Notes under the pieces: model-generated
What the model was told of the DNA's origin: nothing
The model's database searches: none
The model's input: only the letters and a program-made list of their open reading frames with translations
Assembly: GCA_963771885.1 (NCBI GenBank)
Contig: CAVYVF010000007.1
Coordinates: 109,089-173,088 of the forward strand
DNA length: 64,000 nt
Source: Candidatus Bathyarchaeota archaeon
Lineage (GTDB): Archaea > Thermoproteota > Bathyarchaeia > TCS64
Direction: 5' to 3'
Part shown: piece by piece, positions 57,440 through 64,000 of the stretch
How the letters are laid out: the number at the start of each line of letters is the position of its first letter
Position numbering within the stretch: the first letter of the stretch is position 1
Made by a program: the position numbers and the translations under genes

Positions 57440-57958
57440 ATGCGAGGGAGAGCCACGCCGCTACTGATAGCGTTTTCGCTTATAGCGCCCGACGTTCAGG
57501 CGTCGGCACAATGTATGACGAAGCAGGAGGCGCGCGCGAAATGGTCCACGAAGCCCATCTACTCGCACGGTTCGAGCCGCTGCTGGGATGACCAACCGCT
57601 GAGCAGACGCGCTACGACTACGCCGCCAGCAAAAACGTCGGATAGCGCCACTAAGGCGCGCGCGCTCGACGTCTCCGCGCCTCGCCCGAAGGCGACAAAA
57701 ACCGAGGTCTTTTCCCCATCGATCATCGTCAATGACAACACCGATCTGTTCAACGGCGCGCCAATGACCGGCTGGCGGGTGTTGATTGACATCGATGGCC
57801 ACCAAGCGCCTGACCCGAACAACGGCGTCGACGGTTGCTGCTGGCCATCACTAGATGCGCTGAAAGCATTGATAGCGGGCGGTGAAATGACCCCTCGGGT
57901 GGCACGCCCTTCAAAAGTTACCCCGATGGTTACCCCGACGAGCGCTGGAAATCCTTAA
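57440..57958 (+). CDS. Hypothetical secreted protein
   Basis: Signal-peptide-like N-terminus, then CMTKQEAR..W...Y.HG...CW. Confidence 0.45.
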   Translation: MRGRATPLLIAFSLIAPDVQASAQCMTKQEARAKWSTKPIYSHGSSRCWDDQPLSRRATTTPPAKTSDSATKARALDVSAPRPKATKTEVFSPSIIVNDNTDLFNGAPMTGWRVLIDIDGHQAPDPNNGVDGCCWPSLDALKALIAGGEMTPRVARPSKVTPMVTPTSAGNP

Positions 57959-58051
57959 GCCCATTACGGCATCCAGATCCCGTTAAAGTGACAGTGCCCC
58001 CGATGCTCGCTAAGTTTCCGCTCCTGCCCCCCAGCAAAGGAACCGCATTCC

Positions 58052-58567
58052 ATGACAATCTCCATGTACAAGACTTCCGTGCCCATTTTCGTGCAATTCC
58101 TCACCAGCATGTCCGCGGTGCTCGACAAGGCGGCCGCGCATTGCGAGGCGAAGAAGATCGAGCCGGCAACGCTCCTCAACATGCGGCTTTATCCCGACAT
58201 GTTTCCGCTGGTGCGGCAGCTGCGCGCGGTAACCGATCATGCCATCAGCGGCACCGCTCGGCTCGCCGGCGCGGAACTAATCACTTTTCCCAACACTGAA
58301 GCGAGCTTCCCCGAGGTCAAGGACCGCATCGCGAAGACCATTGATTTCGTCAAGAGCTTCAAGCCGGTGCAGATCGACGGCACCGAGGACAAGGAGATCG
58401 TTGTCAAGTTCTCGAGCGGAGAGCGCAAGTTCAAAGGGCAGACGTTCCTGCTAAACTTCTGTTTGCCGAATTTCTATTTCCACGCCACCACCGCCTACGA
58501 TATCCTGCGCCATTGCGGCATCGAGCTCGGCAAGCGCGATTTCATGGGAACGCCGGTAGCACTCTAG
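58052..58567 (+). CDS. DUF1993 family protein
   Basis: RLYPDMFPL, LPNFYFHATTAYDILRH.G..LGKRDF. Confidence 0.9.
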   Translation: MTISMYKTSVPIFVQFLTSMSAVLDKAAAHCEAKKIEPATLLNMRLYPDMFPLVRQLRAVTDHAISGTARLAGAELITFPNTEASFPEVKDRIAKTIDFVKSFKPVQIDGTEDKEIVVKFSSGERKFKGQTFLLNFCLPNFYFHATTAYDILRHCGIELGKRDFMGTPVAL

Positions 58568-58594
58568 GGTAGCGGGTTCGCGCCTAGATCGAAG

Positions 58595-59218
58595 ATGAAA
58601 CTGAATCCGCAAGACCTGGAAAAGATCGCCAGTCTGACGTTAGATCATTACAACCAGCGCGCCGAAGAGTTTTGGCAAGGCACGCGCGATCACGACGTCA
58701 AACAGAACATCGCTGCGCTGTTACAATGGATCGAGGGCAAACCGCCTTTTACGATACTGGATTTTGGCTGCGGGCCCGGTCGCGACCTCAAGGTGTTTTC
58801 TGAACTCGGTCACATAGCTGTAGGTTTGGAGGGTGCCGCTCATTTCGTCATGATGGCGCGCACCCATAGTGGCTGCGAAGTATGGCAGCAAGATTTCCTC
58901 AAGCTCGATCTGCCGGACAATCATTTTGATGGCGTGTACGCCAACGCATCGCTGTTTCATGTACCCAGCCAGGAATTACCGCGCGTGTTGCTGGAACTGC
59001 ACGCTAGCCTGAAACCAGGTGGTGTGCTGTTCTGCTCGAACCCGCGCGGCCATAACGAGGAAGGCTGGAATGGTGGGCGCTACGGCGCGTATCATGATCT
59101 CGATACTTGGCGCGGCTATGTGTCAGCTGCGGGATTTTCTGAGCTTAATCACTATTACCGCCCCGCCGGACTGCCGCGCGAAAAACAGCCTTGGTTAGCG
59201 AGCGCCTGGCGTCGGTGA
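58595..59218 (+). CDS. Class I SAM-dependent methyltransferase
   Basis: ILDFGCGPGRD, FDGVYANASLFH, LKPGG. Confidence 0.9.
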   Translation: MKLNPQDLEKIASLTLDHYNQRAEEFWQGTRDHDVKQNIAALLQWIEGKPPFTILDFGCGPGRDLKVFSELGHIAVGLEGAAHFVMMARTHSGCEVWQQDFLKLDLPDNHFDGVYANASLFHVPSQELPRVLLELHASLKPGGVLFCSNPRGHNEEGWNGGRYGAYHDLDTWRGYVSAAGFSELNHYYRPAGLPREKQPWLASAWRR

Positions 59219-59240
59219 GGTGGAGCAGGCATCACACGGC

Positions 59241-59312
59241 ATGTCCGTTATCGGGGGTAAGCGGATATCGCGCGGACTTGCCGCCATGTCCGCTTTTGAC
59301 CCAAAGCGGATG
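59241..59312. repeat. Palindromic repeat family copy 4 (doublet)
   Basis: ATGTCCGTTATCGGGGGTAAGCGGATAT, spacer, ATGTCCGCTTTTGACCCAAAGCGGATG. Confidence 0.85.
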
Positions 59313-59394
59313 GCCCGACTAACTTAGCGTCGAACCCGCTTGTCTAGCGGATCCGATGTGCAGCGCGCGCACCGGTTTGGCCATGCCATAGAAG

Positions 59395-59422
59395 ATTTCG
59401 CTTTTGGGGTAATAGTCGGCAT
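59395..59422. repeat. Palindromic repeat family copy 5 (GGGGT-loop arm)
   Basis: ATTTCGCTTTTGGGGTAATAGTCGGCAT. Confidence 0.55.
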
Positions 59423-59467
59423 GGAGTGGAAGTGCTGGCGGAATGTTTTATGAGTACTCGCCCTCGC

Positions 59468-59911
59468 CTACCCCGCGACGTTCAACGGGATGGGCAACTC
59501 GTGCTTGATCATATCCACGTCGCGTTCGTTATCGAATATCGTCAGCCGGAAGCGCATCACCTTGTTCTGTTGCTCGTTCTGCGGCGGCTCGATTTCGATC
59601 GCTCTGTAGGTTGGACTTTGATACGGAGCCAGCTTGTACGCGCAGTCGATGGCGTATCGCGCAAACCGCTCGAACCTCGCCTCATGCCCGCGTGCGTTCT
59701 CCGGCTTTTCTGCTAGCGCCGCAGCACGCTCGGTATCGGCAATCTCGGCGAAGACGTGCATGTAGTGGTCAATAACTTCTTTGCCCAGCTTGCGCCCTGA
59801 AGCCTGGGCCTCAGCGATGTCGCGTTCGGCAATAATGGCCTTCTCGATCGTCGCTCTGTTTTTCGAGCCGCGACGACGACCGGCGTTGGGACGCTTTCCA
59901 CCACGTGGCAT
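59468..59911 (-). CDS. Hypothetical protein with terminase-small-subunit-like N-terminus
   Basis: MPRGGKRPNAGRRRGSKN, LAPYQSP. Confidence 0.55.
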   Translation of the reverse strand: MPRGGKRPNAGRRRGSKNRATIEKAIIAERDIAEAQASGRKLGKEVIDHYMHVFAEIADTERAAALAEKPENARGHEARFERFARYAIDCAYKLAPYQSPTYRAIEIEPPQNEQQNKVMRFRLTIFDNERDVDMIKHELPIPLNVAG

Positions 59912-60047
59912 GGCGCGGATATTTGATTAAGAATCAAAAAGAATCAAACACCTTTTGATTTTGGCCGGTCGGGCTTTTGATTATCGGAAACACGTCACTA
60001 GTCCGGAAATCTTGGGTCGCTGTGGGCGGTTTTTCTATCGTGCAAAT

Positions 60048-60074
60048 ATGCCGCTAATGACCCCAACCGGACAT
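60048..60074. repeat. Palindromic repeat family copy 6 (GACCCC-loop arm)
   Basis: ATGCCGCTAATGACCCCAACCGGACAT. Confidence 0.65.
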
Positions 60075-60118
60075 CGAGCTGACCAACAGTGTGCTAGACT
60101 TTGTCAGGCGGCCGATCC

Positions 60119-60562
60119 ATGCAGGCGGAGCAGTCAATCGTCGTTGATCCAAAAAGTCCTGGCAGCATCAGCTCGCCGCACGGCCTGATCCTGTTCGACG
60201 GCGTGTGCGTCCTATGCTCGCGCGGCTGCGGCTTCGTGAACAAACGTGATCGCCGCGGCTATTTTCGCTTCGTTCCGATGCAGTTGGCCGAGGGACGTCC
60301 GCTCGCTGAGCAGCTTGGCATCAATCCTGATCGCCCGGATTCTTTTGCGTTCGTGGAGAACGGCCAGGCCTATGTAAAATCCGAAGCCGTGCTGCGTATT
60401 GCGCGCGAGCTTCCGCGCTGGCAGTGGACGTGGCACTTTCACTTCATGCCACGGGTGATCCGCGACGCGATCTATGACTTGGTCGCGCGCAACCGCTATC
60501 GCTGGTTCGGCCGTCGTGACGCTTGCATGCTGCCGAATTCGGATCGTTCGTGGCCATCGTGA
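60119..60562 (+). CDS. DCC1/YuxK-like thiol-disulfide oxidoreductase
   Basis: [31 protein letters not shown]. Confidence 0.9.
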   Translation: MQAEQSIVVDPKSPGSISSPHGLILFDGVCVLCSRGCGFVNKRDRRGYFRFVPMQLAEGRPLAEQLGINPDRPDSFAFVENGQAYVKSEAVLRIARELPRWQWTWHFHFMPRVIRDAIYDLVARNRYRWFGRRDACMLPNSDRSWPS

Positions 60563-60564
60563 AC

Positions 60565-60654
60565 CACCGCCGAGGCCAGAAACCCGGCTCGATCCACCGC
60601 AAGATTGTGTCAGGCTGAACGACACGAGACAAACCGAACAGGCTTGGCCAGAGC
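60565..60654 (-). pseudogene. Internal fragment of a transposase related to the 61240-62340 IS
   Basis: [20 protein letters not shown] versus LWPSLLGAAQVVQPETILRW. Confidence 0.75.
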
Positions 60655-60757
60655 GGCCGACGAAGTTCGAACTTGCCATCAACCTGAAGACCGCCAGATC
60701 CATCGGGCTCGCAATCCCGCCCACGCTGCTCGCACGCGCCGACGAGGTGATCGATAA
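60651..60757 (+). pseudogene. C-terminal fragment of ABC substrate-binding protein (PF04392-like)
   Basis: [34 protein letters not shown]. Confidence 0.85.
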
Positions 60758-60770
60758 CTGTGCGCGCATA

Positions 60771-60836
60771 AGTCCGCTATCGGCCCTTAGCGGACATTCG
60801 AATGACCGCATTCCGCTTCGGGGGAAAGCGGACATT
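60771..60836. repeat. Palindromic repeat family copy 7 (doublet)
   Basis: GTCCGCTA-tcggccct-TAGCGGAC, spacer, TCCGCTT-cggggga-AAGCGGACAT. Confidence 0.85.
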
Positions 60837-60912
60837 GGTGTTCGGCGGGTTAGGCAAGAGCTACCGAACGCCGAGGCGAGCCGCGCCGAATTGGCGCGGC
60901 TCCAGGCACAAG

Positions 60913-61066
60913 TCACTTTAGGCTGTCAGCCACCTTGGCGATGCCGGCATTGGCGCAAGCCTCGTCCTTCTCGCCGCCGGGGGCGCCGGAGACGCCGACC
61001 GCACCGATCACCTCGGTGCCGGACTTGATCGGTACACCGCCGCCGACCGCAACGACGTTCCCGCGT
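60913..61066 (-). pseudogene. C-terminal fragment of GlcG/HbpS heme-binding protein
   Basis: [35 protein letters not shown]...*. Confidence 0.8.
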
Positions 61067-61069
61067 AAG

Positions 61070-61243
61070 GGGATTATAGAGCAGGCGTTGAAATTTCGTT
61101 TGCCGCTATTCGGACCCAGCCCGCTCCTTGCTCGAGAGGGAGGGCTGATGTCTTACTCACCCAATCAGGTGGACCTGTATCATCGCGCTGCAGACTATGT
61201 TGATCGCATTTTAAAAGGTGCCAAGCCCGCCGATCTACCTGTC
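61070..61243 (+). pseudogene. Internal fragment of PF04392-like substrate-binding protein, cut by the IS
   Basis: EGGLMSY...AADYVDRILKGAKPADLPV, then the IS end. Confidence 0.85.
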
Positions 61244-62340
61244 CTTTCCGAAAATCATATCCGGACGTATTGGTGATGCAGTCCGGCCAAGATCGGAATG
61301 CCGACAATGGCGCCAGATCGCTGGACGGCTCGATGCAAAGGCGCATCTTTCTGTAATGCCAGGTGCGTGCGCGCTTGATTGTAATAGGCCGCATAGGCGG
61401 AAAGAATTCGCCGCAGATGCGCCTCGCCAAAGATCAGCATTTGATCCAGGCACTCGCGACGCAAGGTGCCGATCAGACGTTCCGCAATGCCATTTTGCCA
61501 CGGCGATCCAGGCGAGATCGGCCGGTCGCGGATACCCATGGCTCTCACCCGAGACGTAAAGACATGCCCGTAGGCACGGTCGTTGTCGCGCACCAGATAA
61601 GTCGGCGCTGATGCCCAAGGAAAGGCTTCGGTGATCTGCCGGGCCAGCCACGCCGCCGTCGGATGCCGTGTCACCTCAAACCACAGCAGCTGTCGCCGGC
61701 CGTGGCCTAGAACCAAGAACGCAAATAAGAGATCGAAGCTCACCGTCCGCACCACGCACATATCGATGGCGGCTATCGCCTCAGCGTGATTTCGAAGAAA
61801 CGTCTTCCAGCTCTGCGACGGCGGCTTCCCACCTCGCGCCATGTATTTCGAGACTGTCGACTGGGCGACCTCGAACCCAAGCATCAGGAGCTCACCATGG
61901 ATCCGGGACGCGCCCCACAGCGGGTTTTCCCGGCTCATTCGCCGGATCAGATCACGCAGGCCTCGGTCAATCCTCGGCCGCCCTGCCCTATTTCGCGACT
62001 TCCAGCGCCAGAACATTTAAATCCAGCGCGATGCCACCGCAGGATCGTCTCCGGCTGAACCACCTGGGCCGCACCAAGCAGGCTCGGCCAGAGCCTGGTC
62101 ATCCATATGAGCAGGACGCGATCACTGCCGCGAAGCCGAAGACGAGGTGGCGCCCGCCGCAAGGCGATGTTGAGCTGATGACGAAGAAACAAATTCTCGG
62201 CTTCAAGCCGGCTGCGCGACTTGAACAGGTCGGCGACAAACATTCCGAGCGCGTGCAGGATCGCAAACATCGCTCTCAATGATGCGATGATTCTGCCTTA
62301 CGATGCGAATTTAGGCCGGATGGAATTTTCGGAAAGGACA
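61240..62340 (-). mobile_element. IS element (DDE integrase-core transposase, TGT...ACA ends, IS481-like)
   Basis: Perfect inverted repeats CTGTCCTTTCCGAAAAT (61239-61255) and ATTTTCGGAAAGGACAG (62325-62341). Confidence 0.88.
61255..62279 (-). CDS. Transposase (frameshift near 62016)
   Basis: LEAENLFLRHQL, WGASRIHGEL, AID, RDND, PWQNGIAERLIGTLRRECLD, YYN..R.H. Confidence 0.88.
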
Positions 62341-62426
62341 GCGTCGCGCAACACCCACAGGAGTGGTGTGTCGCCGTCGACATCGACGCTGTAGGTCTTC
62401 CCATTGACTTTAATTGCGAAGTCCAT
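62341..62426 (-). pseudogene. N-terminal fragment of a (2Fe-2S) subunit (IorA/CoxS-like), truncated by the IS
   Basis: AAGGAG SD, then MDFAIKVNGKTYSVDVDGDTPLLWVLRD. Confidence 0.82.
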
Positions 62427-62489
62427 TGCGCTTTCTCCTTCACTTTTAAGTCAGGCCAAGTCGCCAGCGACAATTGTGGGTGACGATAC

Positions 62490-62971
62490 TCAGCTATGAC
62501 GTCGCCCCGAGCGGCGTTCCAAAATCGCTCGCTGGTAGTCAGCGAGCAGCGCCGGCTCATCGATAGACCCATGGTGATGGAGTTGCCGCCACATGCCACG
62601 CATCTTGACGAACCATCGAGACGTACGAATTCGAAGCTCAAGCCGAACGGCGGGAGTTTCACAGTAGCCTTTTTCACGTCCCACGAAGAGATGAAAGTCA
62701 TTGTTACCCTGCGCTACGAAATCGTGGAACGCCACGCGGACAATCGCTGGCCCGCTAAATAGCTTCGCATAACCTTCCCTGATGGCAGGCCATCCTCGCC
62801 GAATACCACCAATCGGATTGTCCATGCTCGGAGCCTCCCCATCGGCCCAGTTGCCAGCGAGTGCGTTCAGATCGGAAGCGTTGAAGGACCGGTAAAAATC
62901 GATCAGTGCATCAAGCGCGCTTCCATCGCCTGCTGGCGATTCTTTCCCGATATTTCGGCAGGAAGGGACAT
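62490..62971 (-). CDS. NTF2/SnoaL-like protein (5' frameshift)
   Basis: FYRSFNASDL, GWPAIREGY, WRQLHHHGS. Confidence 0.7.
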
Positions 62972-63057
62972 AGGATTCTCCCGTCGCAGTTCATCATCTT
63001 TCTTTCGACCACTCCGGGTCTTTGAACTCGCGCTTCACGCTAATTCCGCCGGTTGAC

Positions 63058-64000
63058 CTAATTGCGGCCGCCGTCGACAGCGAGATCGACGCCAGTGACG
63101 TAGGAGTTTCGACGAGGAGAGCGCACACTGCGCGGCGGCCCGAGATAGGGGAATTCGGCAAGCAGATCGCCGTGCGGCCCTACCCTATCCTTGGTCACCT
63201 TCCCGTTGGTGAGCACGGCCACGAAGGCATCACCGGCGTCGTCGGTGAGTGTCCGCCCACTGCTCGGGAAGGATGCGGGGCGGGTGGGATCATAGGACAT
63301 TATCTCCGGCAGCAGCGTGCCTGCCACCTGCCTTGCTTTTCTTGCGTGTACCCACCCGCGTGCTCCAGCGAGTGCGCAAAGACAGGAACGAAACGAGCAT
63401 CGTCGGCCGGCTCACCTGCGAGGTACGCGTCTCTTTCTTCGCCGACAAGGAAGACAGCTTGTGCGGGCAGCGCGCCGCGATCGACCTGGATCCAGCCCCC
63501 GGCCCGCGATCAGTGTGCGGGCCCACAGCCCACCCGTCTGGTCCCAAGATCAGAGTTGGGCACTTCCAGCACGATGCTGCACACGTCCTTGTCGGCGAAA
63601 AAATCGTCGCCGGTGAACTGCTGATTATTCACCATGCCGTGCACGTCAAAGAAGAAGGGATCGCTGCGCCAGCCCGCGAAGAAACGGTAGTCGCCGGCCT
63701 CTGTCACCCGCGCGTCCCGACCCATCGAGACCTGTGCCGATGCGACGATAACTCGGCCGCTATCGTCCGTCCCGGCGGCCTGCGCGCCCTCAACGCGGCG
63801 CAGCGTGGCGCTTTGCGACCCGTCCTCGGACGCCGAAAATCGCACCCGGTAGGCAATATCGGCGATGGCATCGCCGTTCGTGTCGATCTTGAGTTCGTAC
63901 AGTGCCTCGGGCGCGAAGGGCTCGTCTGTGGTGGGACCTGGCGGGGTCACGACAGCAGACGGGTGCACGTTCATCACCAGGATCGACTTGGCCGATGCGT
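63058..64000 (-). CDS. DUF4331 family protein (partial, frameshifted)
   Basis: YELKIDTNGD, FAGWRSDPFFFD, SIVLEVP, GRTLTDD, FPYLGPP. Confidence 0.8.

Noticed and set aside
53201..60836. Palindromes as integron attC sites or CRISPR repeats
   Set aside because: No RYYYAAC/GTTRRRY cores, irregular spacing, no intI or cas gene; reported instead as an unclassified family
62010..62022. Programmed -1 frameshift in the transposase at TTTAAAT
   Set aside because: The heptamer is out of phase for tandem slippage; a lost A in a homopolymer fits the window-wide indel pattern better

Overview
The window joins two unrelated sequences. Bases 1 to ~53045 look archaeal: TATA-type promoters, many TTG/GTG starts, an archaeal-type tRNA-Asp, and gene content most like Bathyarchaeia (inferred). 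This part carries thrB-thrC-lysC, a leuACDB-like operon, upp, a cysteine synthase, MarR plus a heterodimeric ABC exporter, a radical SAM/SPASM enzyme, oligoendopeptidase F and several flavoproteins. It also has an orphan binding-protein/histidine-kinase pair, a prenylcysteine-oxidase-like flavoenzyme, katG, and a cation-transport locus. In that locus two CorA-like paralogs carry 7 versus 11 Asn-Asn heptad repeats in the stalk helix and lack the GMN motif. At ~53045 an archaeal amidohydrolase gene is cut after 45 codons, and the sequence becomes alphaproteobacterial (Bradyrhizobium/Xanthobacteraceae-like). That part holds accessory genes (DUF2235, DUF2778, DUF1993, a methyltransferase, a DCC1-like gene, DUF4331) separated by a family of ATGTCCGCT...AGCGGACAT palindromes, plus gene fragments and a 1.1 kb IS with 17 bp terminal inverted repeats. 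Many genes have single-base frameshifts, probably long-read errors. All family calls come from motif recognition by eye; no searches were run.
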